Shown: positions 24,275-32,000 of the stretch, piece by piece | How positions within the stretch are numbered: the stretch's first letter is position 1 | Layout: each line of letters opens with the position of its first letter | DNA from: Geobacter sulfurreducens PCA | GTDB taxonomy: Bacteria; Desulfobacterota; Desulfuromonadia; Geobacterales; Geobacteraceae | Direction: 5' to 3' | DNA length: 32,000 nt | Assembly: GCF_000007985.2 (NCBI RefSeq) | Contig: NC_002939.5 | Location: forward strand, 990,001-1,022,000 | The notes under the pieces: model-generated | Database searches by the model: none | The model's input: the letters and a program-made list of their open reading frames with translations, nothing else | What the model was told of the DNA's origin: nothing | Translations under genes and position numbers: made by a program

Positions 24275-25408
24275 ATGAACATCGCGACGCAGGCAGCACA
24301 GATCGGTCTCGACTGGGATACCCGCACCGGGGCGGTGACGGTACCCATCTACCAGACGGCAACCTTCCGGCATCCGGGATTGGGCCAGAGCACGGGCTAC
24401 GATTATTCCCGCTCCGGCAACCCCACCCGCCAGGCCCTGGAAGAGGGGATCGCCCGGCTGGACGGCGGCGCCAGGGGATTTGCCTATGCCTCGGGCATGG
24501 CTGCCATCGCCAATCTCCTCCTGCTCTTCAAGAGCGGCGACCACCTGGTGGTGACCGAGGACCTCTACGGCGGCACCTGCCGTCTCTTCGACCAGATTCT
24601 GGTCCAGTACGGCCTCTCGTTCACCTATGTGGACACGAGCGATCCTGAGGCGGTGCGGGACGCCATCCGTCCCGAGACCAGGGCCCTGTTCGTGGAGTCC
24701 CTCACCAACCCGCTCCTCAAGGTCGCCGATATCGCGGCCCTCTCGACCCTCTGCCGCGAGCGGGGGCTGCTTTGTATCGTGGACAACACCTTCCTCACTC
24801 CCTATCTTCTGCGGCCCCTGGATCTCGGGGCCGACATCACGGTCTACAGCGGCACCAAGTACCTGTCCGGGCACAACGACACGGTGTCGGGGCTGGTCGT
24901 GGTCAAGGAGCCGGCCCTGGCCGAGCGGGTCTACTTCCTCCAGAATTCCGTGGGCGCAGTGCTGGGGCCCCAGGATGCGTGGCTCACCATCCGGGGGATG
25001 AAGACCCTGTCGGTGCGACTGGACCGCCAGCAGGAAAACGCCGGCCGGATCGCCGAATGGCTGGCGCGGCATCCGCGGGTGCCACGGGTCTTCTATCCGG
25101 GGCTGCCGGGCCATCCGGGCCACGAACTGCTGGCGCGCCAGGCCCGGGGCTTCGGCGCCATGATCGCTTTCGAGGTGGATGATAAGGCTCTGGTGGAGCG
25201 TTTGCTCCTCAAGACGGAATTGATATCATTCGCGGAAAGCCTCGGCGGCGTTGAAACCCTGATCACCTTTCCCCAGGTTCAGACCCATGCGGACATCCCG
25301 CCGGAGGTTCGGGAGCGGCTCGGCATCAATGACGTGCTCCTGCGCCTTTCGGTGGGGATCGAGGATGCGGACGACCTTATCGCCGACCTGTCCCGGGCAT
25401 TCGCGTAA
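24275..25408 (+). CDS. Cys/Met-metabolism PLP enzyme (cystathionine gamma-synthase / beta-lyase family)
   Basis: GGAGGA RBS, 377 aa. PLP-lysine context YSGTKYLSGHND and N-terminal PIYQTATF. The exact activity (MetB vs MetC vs MetZ) cannot be told from the sequence by eye. Confidence 0.9.
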   Translation: MNIATQAAQIGLDWDTRTGAVTVPIYQTATFRHPGLGQSTGYDYSRSGNPTRQALEEGIARLDGGARGFAYASGMAAIANLLLLFKSGDHLVVTEDLYGGTCRLFDQILVQYGLSFTYVDTSDPEAVRDAIRPETRALFVESLTNPLLKVADIAALSTLCRERGLLCIVDNTFLTPYLLRPLDLGADITVYSGTKYLSGHNDTVSGLVVVKEPALAERVYFLQNSVGAVLGPQDAWLTIRGMKTLSVRLDRQQENAGRIAEWLARHPRVPRVFYPGLPGHPGHELLARQARGFGAMIAFEVDDKALVERLLLKTELISFAESLGGVETLITFPQVQTHADIPPEVRERLGINDVLLRLSVGIEDADDLIADLSRAFA

Positions 25409-25423
25409 GAAATGGAGGACATC

Positions 25424-26560
25424 ATGAAATTCGGCACCCGCATCATCCATACGGGCCGTGAGATCGATCCGACCACCGGAGCGCTCTCGGTTCCCATTTA
25501 CCAGACGTCCACCTATCGGCAGGAATCGGTGGACCATTTCGGCAAGTACGATTACGCCCGCTCGGACAACCCCACCCGCGAGGCCCTTGAGGAAACCGTG
25601 GCCCAGCTGGAGAACGGGACGCGGGGATTCGCCTTCGCCTCGGGCATGGCCGCCATCTCCTCCACGCTGCTCCTGTTCTCGCCCGGCGATCACCTGGTGG
25701 TCTGCGAGGATGTCTATGGCGGTACCTTCCGGGCGCTGACCCAGCTTTTCAGCCGGCTGGGGGTCGAGTCCACCTTCGTGGACGCCACGGACACGGCCGC
25801 CATTGAGGCGGCCTTCCGCCCGAACACCAAGGGCCTCTATCTGGAGACCCCCTCCAATCCACTCATGAAGATCACCGACCTGGCCGCCGCGGCCCGCCTG
25901 GCCCGGGAGAGGGGGGCCATCACCCTGGTGGACAACACGTTCATGACTCCCTACCTGCAGCGGCCCCTGGACCTGGGCTGCGACGTGGTGCTCCACAGCG
26001 GGACCAAGTTCCTGAACGGCCACAGCGATGTGGTCTGCGGCTTTGCCGTGGTGAGGGACCCGGAGTTGGGGCAGCGGATCAGGTTCATCCAGAATGCCTT
26101 CGGCGCCATCCTGGGCCCCCAGGATTCATGGCTCGTGCTGCGGGGTATCAAGACCCTGCGGGTCCGGATGGAGGAAAGCCAGGCCGGGGCGGTCAAAATT
26201 GCCAACTGGCTGGCTGGGGAAAAACGGGTGAGCCGGGTTTTCTATCCCGGACTCCCCGATCATCCGGGTCACGATATCCATGGCCGGCAGTCGTCGGGCC
26301 CCGGCGCGGTCCTGTCGTTCACCCTGGATACCGTTGAAACCACCCGCCGCCTGCTGGAGGGGATGCGTCTGGCTGCCTTTGCCGTGAGCCTCGGCGGGGT
26401 GGAAAGCATCATCTCCTATCCCGCCAGGATGTCCCACGCGGCCATGCCGCCGGCCGAGCGGGCCGCCCGGGGGATCGGCGATACCCTGGTACGGCTTTCC
26501 GTGGGGCTTGAGGACGCCGACGACCTCCTGGCCGAGATGGACCGCCTGATCAACGGCTGA
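25424..26560 (+). CDS. Second Cys/Met-metabolism PLP enzyme (paralogue of the upstream gene)
   Basis: PLP-lysine context HSGTKFLNGHSD and N-terminal PIYQTSTY. Start placed at ATG 25424 (GGAGG 5 nt upstream); ATG 25412 is an alternative. Confidence 0.9.
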   Translation: MKFGTRIIHTGREIDPTTGALSVPIYQTSTYRQESVDHFGKYDYARSDNPTREALEETVAQLENGTRGFAFASGMAAISSTLLLFSPGDHLVVCEDVYGGTFRALTQLFSRLGVESTFVDATDTAAIEAAFRPNTKGLYLETPSNPLMKITDLAAAARLARERGAITLVDNTFMTPYLQRPLDLGCDVVLHSGTKFLNGHSDVVCGFAVVRDPELGQRIRFIQNAFGAILGPQDSWLVLRGIKTLRVRMEESQAGAVKIANWLAGEKRVSRVFYPGLPDHPGHDIHGRQSSGPGAVLSFTLDTVETTRRLLEGMRLAAFAVSLGGVESIISYPARMSHAAMPPAERAARGIGDTLVRLSVGLEDADDLLAEMDRLING

Positions 26561-26638
26561 CACGATGCATGGCCGATAATGAAACGCAATGAAAGGATTA
26601 GGGTTTTTGCTGAAGATCAGTTTTTGTTTACTTTTAGC

Positions 26639-26665
26639 TCAACTCCCTGCGCATTTCGCCGATAT
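26639..26665 (+). promoter_or_regulatory. Sigma28-like promoter candidate TCAA-N15-GCCGATAT
   Basis: The -10 element GCCGATAT (26658-26665) is a near-perfect FliA/SigD-type element. The -35 element TCAA (26639-26642) matches 3 of 4 positions at exact N15 spacing. It lies 95 nt upstream of ATG 26760. Confidence 0.35.
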
Positions 26666-26759
26666 CTGTAACAAGGTGCACTGTGGTCCGCTCCTCCGTC
26701 CTTTAATCATGCAGCGGGTAGCAGCCAGGTGATCTTTCCTTGAAAGTACAGAGGCGGTA

Positions 26760-29288
26760 ATGAAGATTCGGAGCACCCTCACAGCCGGCTGTTTTATCTT
26801 CGCCCTGCTCACGGGGCTGGTCGGCTATTTCGGCGGCAGCGCCATCACCAGGATCAGCGCCGAGTTCGACGCGGTGACGCGGGATGGCTTGCCGGCCATT
26901 AGGACTCTCCACGACATCCGCCATGCGGGAGTGCGCATTGTTGCCTCCACCAGCGAGTTCGGACTGGTGAGCGTGGTCGGTCGCAACGGCGTTGCTGCCC
27001 GCCATCAGGTTGAGGAAGAAAAAGAGCTCCTGGAACAGGGAGCCGGTCTGTACCAGTCCGCGTTTTCCACCCTGAAAGACCTCTCCGACCGTCTTGATCC
27101 CGAAACACGGCAGTATGTGCAGGAAATCGACCGGGCCGGCAGGGATCTCCTGGCGCTGAGCGCAGAGTCCATGGAGACCGTGCGCCGCGTCAGCTCACCC
27201 GCGGCGATTTTGGAGGTAAAGGAGCGCTTCGAGACAGCGGAGAGACACTTCCTCGACGTTGTCGACCGCGCTCTCGCCCTCGAACGGCGGCGGCTCGTCA
27301 CACGTCAGCAGGAAGTCCACGATTCCATTACCCTGGCACTGTTCACCCTCAGCGCGGCATCTGCGGTGGCGCTCCTCTTTGCAATGGGTGGCGGCACCCT
27401 CTCGGCGATACTGATTTCACGTCCCATAGCGCTCCTGCAGGAAGGGGTCGAGCAGGTGGGGCAGGGAATCCTCGACACCCGCATCGATATCAGCGGCAAC
27501 AACGAGATCGGCCGGCTCGCCGGCGCCTTCAACCGCATGACCACGGAACTCCGGGCGGCCAAGGACGAAATCACCACGGCGCGCAACTACCTGGACAACG
27601 TGATCTGCTCCATGGCCGACGCCCTCCTGGTGGTGGATACCAACGGTACGGTCATGAACGTCAACCCGGCCCTCTGCGGGTTGCTCGGCTACCGGGAGAA
27701 CGAGTTGATCGGCCGTTCCTTCTCGTCCATCCTGGCCGACGGGGGGCATGGGCAGAGCATCATTGCCGAGATGGCCGAGCAGGGGCAGGTTCCCGACCGG
27801 GAGCTCCTCTACCGGAGCCGCCAGGGCGAGCTGATCCCGGTGGTCCTGTCCGGCGGCGCCATGCGGAACCAGGACGGCGAGGTGTGCGGCATCGTCTGCA
27901 TCGCTCACGACATGAGGGAACGCAAGAGAAGTGAAGAGGAAATCCGGCGGCTTGCCTACTTCGATCCCCTCACCGGCCTGCCGAACCGGGCACTGTTCCA
28001 GGACCGGGTCAGCCACGCCCTGGCCGTGGCCAGGCGTGAGGAAGGTGCGGTGGCGCTGCTGTTCCTGGACCTGGACCGGTTCAAGGACATCAACGACACT
28101 CTCGGCCATGCCATGGGAGATCTGCTCCTGACGTCGGTGGCCGACCGGCTCAAGGCCCACGTGCGGGTCAGCGACACGTTGGCCAGGCTGGGCGACGACG
28201 AGTTCGTGGTCATCCTGACCGGGGCGCGGGATGAGCGGGGAGTGAGCATCGTGGCCCAGTCGCTTCTGGACCTGCTCACCCCGTCCTTTGACCTGGAAGG
28301 AAAAGAGGTGTTCATCTCCACCAGTATCGGCATTGCCCTGTTCCCGTCCGACGGCGAGGACGGCAATGTGCTCCTTTCCCGGGCCGATATGGCTCTGCAC
28401 GCGGCCAAGGAGGCCGGCCGCAACGTCTATCGCTTCTACAGCGACGACATGAACCGCTCCGCCCAGGACCGGCGGGGGCTTGAGGACCGTCTGCGGCGCG
28501 CCTTGGCCAATGAGGAGTTCTATCTCGATTATCAGCCCCAGATCGATATGCGGACCGGGGGAATCTTCGGCGTTGAGGCGTTGCTGCGCTGGAACCACCC
28601 CGAGGAAGGCCTTATCCCGCCCGGGCGCTTCATTCCCGCGGCCGAAGAGATGGGGTTCATCCGCCGCATCGGCGAGTGGGTCCTGCGGGCAGCCTGTCTC
28701 CAGTGCCGTGCCTGGCAGGAGTCGGGCCTCCCGCCGGTCAGGGTGGCCGTCAACGTGTCGGGGCACCAGTTCAACCAACCGGGGTTCATCGATATGGTCG
28801 ACCGGGTTCTGGAGGAGACAGGGCTTGATCCCACCCTTCTGGAACTGGAGCTGACCGAAAGCACCCTGCTCGAAGGGGCCCGGGACACGATCATGACCCT
28901 CATCGACCTGAAGGTAAGGGGCATTCATCTGGCCATCGACGACTTCGGCACCGGGTATTCGTCCCTCAGCTACCTGAAGCACTTCCCCATCGACCGGCTC
29001 AAGATCGACCGCTCCTTTGTCCGCGATATCGTCTCCGACCTGGACGACCGGGCCATCGTGGAGGCGATCATCGCCATGGCCCACAGCCTGGGGCTGCGGG
29101 TCCTGGCCGAGGGGGTCGAGCGGGAGGAGGAGCTGGAGTTGCTGCGGGAGCGGGGGTGCGACGAGGTTCAGGGGTACTACTTCGGCAGGCCCATGTCGGC
29201 CCGGGACCTGGAGGCGCGCCTGATGGCGGCGTTGCCCGCCCGCGGGACCGCACCCCTGCGGCTGATAGCGAGGGCCGAAGAGGGGTAG
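26760..29288 (+). CDS. Membrane sensor protein: periplasmic helical domain - HAMP - PAS - GGDEF (GDDEF variant) - EAL
   Basis: 842 aa with two TM segments (about 8-28 and 192-218), a HAMP domain and a PAS domain (NYLDNVICSMADALLVVD). GGDEF domain with RVSD I-site and GDDEF at nt 28191-28205. EAL domain with EALLRW (from 28575), DDFGTGYSSL and QGYYF. Confidence 0.9.
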   Translation: MKIRSTLTAGCFIFALLTGLVGYFGGSAITRISAEFDAVTRDGLPAIRTLHDIRHAGVRIVASTSEFGLVSVVGRNGVAARHQVEEEKELLEQGAGLYQSAFSTLKDLSDRLDPETRQYVQEIDRAGRDLLALSAESMETVRRVSSPAAILEVKERFETAERHFLDVVDRALALERRRLVTRQQEVHDSITLALFTLSAASAVALLFAMGGGTLSAILISRPIALLQEGVEQVGQGILDTRIDISGNNEIGRLAGAFNRMTTELRAAKDEITTARNYLDNVICSMADALLVVDTNGTVMNVNPALCGLLGYRENELIGRSFSSILADGGHGQSIIAEMAEQGQVPDRELLYRSRQGELIPVVLSGGAMRNQDGEVCGIVCIAHDMRERKRSEEEIRRLAYFDPLTGLPNRALFQDRVSHALAVARREEGAVALLFLDLDRFKDINDTLGHAMGDLLLTSVADRLKAHVRVSDTLARLGDDEFVVILTGARDERGVSIVAQSLLDLLTPSFDLEGKEVFISTSIGIALFPSDGEDGNVLLSRADMALHAAKEAGRNVYRFYSDDMNRSAQDRRGLEDRLRRALANEEFYLDYQPQIDMRTGGIFGVEALLRWNHPEEGLIPPGRFIPAAEEMGFIRRIGEWVLRAACLQCRAWQESGLPPVRVAVNVSGHQFNQPGFIDMVDRVLEETGLDPTLLELELTESTLLEGARDTIMTLIDLKVRGIHLAIDDFGTGYSSLSYLKHFPIDRLKIDRSFVRDIVSDLDDRAIVEAIIAMAHSLGLRVLAEGVEREEELELLRERGCDEVQGYYFGRPMSARDLEARLMAALPARGTAPLRLIARAEEG

Positions 29289-29376
29289 GACCTGGCCGGT
29301 CACCGAAGGCCTTCTGAACCTCGATACTCTCCTCTCTCCGGCATTTCCGGCCGAAACAACCGGCCGTAATGCCGCC

Positions 29377-30081
29377 TCAGGCGGTCCCGCCGTTGCGCCG
29401 CTCCCCCACGATCCGGCCATCGCTCACATCAAGTATCCGATCGAAACCGTGCACCATCCGGTGGTCGTGGGTGACCACCATGATCGCCGAATGGTTCTCC
29501 ACGGCGAGCCGCTTGAGGAGCGCCATCACGTTCGAGCCGTTTTCGGTGTCCAGGGCCGCGGTCGGCTCGTCTGCCAGGATGACCCGGGGCCGGTTGGCCA
29601 GGGCCCGGGCAATGGCCACCCGCTGCGATTGTCCCCCCGACAGGTGTGACGGATAGTGCCCGGCCCGCTCCGCCAGCCCCAGCTCTCCCAGCAGGTCCAG
29701 CCCCCGTTGTTTCGCCTCTTTTCGACCGACTCCATTGATTTCCATGGCAACCATCACGTTTTCCAGGGCCGTGAGAAAGGGGATCAGGTTGTGGGCCTGA
29801 AAGATGAATCCCAGCCGCTCGCGCCTGATCCGCTTCAGGTCGAGGCCCGGCAACCATCCCTCGTCGGCCACGGTTATTCCGTCGATCACCACCCGGCCGT
29901 GGGTCGGTTCCGTAACCAGTCCTATGGAGGTGAGCAGGGTCGTCTTGCCCGAGCCCGACGGGCCCAGAATCGCCACCAGCTCCCCGGGCGACACCCGGAA
30001 GGAGGCGTCGGTGAGCGCCCTGACCGCCGTTTCTCCCGTCCCGTAAATCTTTGTCAGGTTTTCCACTTCCACCGCGTACAT
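29377..30081 (-). CDS. ABC transporter ATP-binding protein (MacB/LolD-like)
   Basis: Walker A GPSGSGKTT, signature LSGGQSQRVAIARAL, Walker B ILADEPTAALD, H-loop VTHD. Confidence 0.9.
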   Translation of the reverse strand: MYAVEVENLTKIYGTGETAVRALTDASFRVSPGELVAILGPSGSGKTTLLTSIGLVTEPTHGRVVIDGITVADEGWLPGLDLKRIRRERLGFIFQAHNLIPFLTALENVMVAMEINGVGRKEAKQRGLDLLGELGLAERAGHYPSHLSGGQSQRVAIARALANRPRVILADEPTAALDTENGSNVMALLKRLAVENHSAIMVVTHDHRMVHGFDRILDVSDGRIVGERRNGGTA

Positions 30082-30098
30082 GCAGATTCCTCCCGTTG

Positions 30099-31298
30099 TT
30101 ACGAGCTCAGGGCGTCGGCGGCTTCCACCTTCAGCGCCTTGCGGATGCCCACCATGCTCGCTGCCACGCAGATTACCACCACGATGAGGAAGAGCATCCG
30201 GAGGTCGGTCGCCAGCAGTTCCACCCGGCGCGGAAACTTTTCCTGGGTGAGGGTGATGAGGACGTAGCCGATGGCGTAGGCGATGACCCCCATCAGGATC
30301 GACTGCTGGAGGATCAGGCCGACGATAACCCGGTTCTTGGCGCCGATCAGCTTGAGGGTGGCGATGGTCCTGATCTTGTCGAGGGTTGACGTGTAGATGA
30401 TGAGCGAGATGATGACCCCCGAGATGACGAGCAGGATCGCCCGGAACAGCCCCAGCTGCATCTTGGCCTTCTTGATCATCCCTTCGGTGAGGATGGTTGT
30501 CTGCTCCTCATCGGAGATGGCGCGCAGATGGTTCCAGCGATCGATCCCGGCGCGGACCCGCGCCGGTTCGGCTCCCGGCGCCAGGCGTGCCACCACGGTG
30601 TTGACGATGTGGGTGGAGCCGGTGAGCTCTTCCGCCAGGGCAGATGCCTGTTCCGCCTGGACCGGCGGCAGCCCCTTCCGGGCCACCCGGTCCGCGATCC
30701 GCACGCGATTATTGCGAATGGCGTTGTTGTCCTCCTTGAACTGGATCTTCTGGGCATCCTCCAGCGTTACCCAGGCCACCGGATCGCCGCTGGAGGAAAC
30801 CATCTTCCGGGTAAGCCCCACCACGGTGTAGACGTCGCCGGCTATGGCGAGCCGCTCGCCCACCGCCAGCCCCATGGCCCGGTCGGCCACCAGCTCGTAG
30901 TGCTTCTGACCGATCCCTCGCCCCTCCACGATGGCCGGCGGTCCGCCGAGCCCTCCCGGTTCGTATCCCACCAGAAAGAAGCGGAACGGCTCGCCGAAGC
31001 GCTCCAGCTGGATATTCTGGAAGGAGAGAGGGGATGCCTGGCTGACCCCCGGCACGGCCCTGATCCGGTACTTGAGGTCCTCGGGCATGCGGGAGGTGGC
31101 GGCAAAGGGGCCGCTGGTCCCCTGCTGCACCACCCAGACGTCGGCGCCGGTTGCCTCAAGGATGGCCAGTGCGTCAGCCACGAGGCCACGGTAGATCCCC
31201 CCCATGCTCATGACCACGGCCAGGAGCAGCCCCAGCCCCAGGCAGGTCTGGACGAAACGCCCCCGGTGGCAGCGGATGTCGCGGACCGCCAGGTTCAC
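30099..31298 (-). CDS. ABC transporter permease, FtsX/MacB-type
   Basis: 399 aa: N-terminal TM, large periplasmic domain, then a C-terminal three-TM FtsX-like bundle. Its start overlaps the stop of the upstream adaptor gene by 4 nt. Confidence 0.85.
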   Translation of the reverse strand: MNLAVRDIRCHRGRFVQTCLGLGLLLAVVMSMGGIYRGLVADALAILEATGADVWVVQQGTSGPFAATSRMPEDLKYRIRAVPGVSQASPLSFQNIQLERFGEPFRFFLVGYEPGGLGGPPAIVEGRGIGQKHYELVADRAMGLAVGERLAIAGDVYTVVGLTRKMVSSSGDPVAWVTLEDAQKIQFKEDNNAIRNNRVRIADRVARKGLPPVQAEQASALAEELTGSTHIVNTVVARLAPGAEPARVRAGIDRWNHLRAISDEEQTTILTEGMIKKAKMQLGLFRAILLVISGVIISLIIYTSTLDKIRTIATLKLIGAKNRVIVGLILQQSILMGVIAYAIGYVLITLTQEKFPRRVELLATDLRMLFLIVVVICVAASMVGIRKALKVEAADALSS

Positions 31299-32000
31299 GG
31301 CGACACCCTCACCTTCATGCCGTCACGGAATTTCTTCGCCTGGGCCGGCGTCGGCAGCACCACCGGCTCGGCCCCGGCCAGGCCCGACAGGATCTCGGTG
31401 ACGCCCTGGCGATCCTCGATGCCGACCTGCACCGGCTTGAAGCGGAGCCGACCTTCCGACACCGTCCAGACCCCGTGCTTCCCCCCGTGGCTCGTCAGGG
31501 CCGCGGCAGGCAGGGACGGCACGCCGCGTTTGGTGCCGACCGTGATCAGAACGTCGGACTGCTCTCCCAGGCGGAACGCGGGCGGCGGGGCGGCGAAGGC
31601 CACGTCCACCGCCAGTTCTTCAGTCACCCGGTCGCTCTCCATGCCGACCCGGGCCACCCGTCCCTGCATGGCACGCTCCGGCGCGGACCGGAGGGAGATC
31701 GCGGCCTCCCGGCCCACGGCCACGCCGGCAAGCTGCGATTCGTCCACATGGGCCCTGACCCAGACCACCGCCGGATCGGCAAGGGTGAAGATGCTCTGGC
31801 CGGGAGAGACCACGGCCCCCTTTTCCAGGTCGCGGGAGACGATGATCCCGTCGCGGGGGGCGCGGATAACGGTGTCGTCAAGCCGCGACCGGGCCACTCC
31901 CCGGGCAGCGCGTCCGGCCGCCGACTCCATGCGGGCCGCTTCCAGGGCCGCACTGCTCCGGGCTTCCTCCTCCCGTGCCAGGCGCCAGGCCGTTTCGTAC
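31295..32000 (-). CDS. Efflux periplasmic adaptor (HlyD/MFP family), C-terminal part; N-terminus outside window
   Basis: The frame stays open to the window edge (…YETAWRLAREEEARSSAALEAARMESAAGRAARGVARSRLDDTVIRAPRDGIIV…), giving coiled-coil, lipoyl and beta-barrel motifs typical of MFPs. Confidence 0.85.
   Translation of the reverse strand, partial: YETAWRLAREEEARSSAALEAARMESAAGRAARGVARSRLDDTVIRAPRDGIIVSRDLEKGAVVSPGQSIFTLADPAVVWVRAHVDESQLAGVAVGREAAISLRSAPERAMQGRVARVGMESDRVTEELAVDVAFAAPPPAFRLGEQSDVLITVGTKRGVPSLPAAALTSHGGKHGVWTVSEGRLRFKPVQVGIEDRQGVTEILSGLAGAEPVVLPTPAQAKKFRDGMKVRVSP

Noticed and set aside
26572-26579. Exact GCCGATAA (sigma28 -10 consensus) just after the second PLP enzyme gene.
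   Set aside because: No TAAA-like -35 at N15 (the sequence there is ACGG). Probably a chance occurrence.
29348-29366. Hairpin CGGCCG-AAACAAC-CGGCCG between the convergent GDDEF-EAL and ABC ATPase genes.
   Set aside because: No U-tract on either strand. It may aid termination, but I cannot call it a terminator with confidence.

Overview
Visibly GC-rich, gene-dense chromosomal window with about 29 protein genes. I saw no rRNA, tRNA, CRISPR array, transposase or integrase. Gene content and order resemble a Geobacter-type (Desulfuromonadales) core genome; this is from memory and unverified.

Layout, left to right:
- The 3' end of an ABC-F ATPase.
- A tightly packed 7-gene plus-strand operon: lon, mlaE, mlaF, mlaD, a secreted M16 peptidase pair, and a 35-aa rubredoxin-like miniprotein.
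- A sigma54-driven periplasmic triple-rhodanese gene.
- A convergent rhodanese-YceI fusion, then uraA-upp.
- A hypothetical gene.
- A chemoreceptor with a CxxCH heme motif behind a perfect sigma28 promoter.
- A class I glutamine amidotransferase.
- A nitrogen cluster: nifV, an outer-membrane protein with glnK and amtB, and a sensorless histidine kinase.
- suhB and a PilZ protein.
- A SAM-I riboswitch with two Cys/Met PLP enzymes.
- A HAMP-PAS-GDDEF-EAL protein.
- A minus-strand MacB-type ABC efflux operon that runs off the window.

Top finding: the ORF track splits the triple-rhodanese gene at an in-frame TGA (9725-9727). That TGA sits in the first rhodanese active-site loop and is followed by a SECIS-like hairpin with a GGUC loop. 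It is most likely a selenoprotein.

Second finding: each of the three nitrogen-cluster units has a sigma54 promoter and a shared 17-bp upstream element (TGC-N9-TGGGCA). Two of them also have leader terminators overlapped by ANTAR-type hexaloop hairpins.

I found no clearly novel multi-gene defence or mobile system. The rest is ordinary housekeeping and regulatory content.
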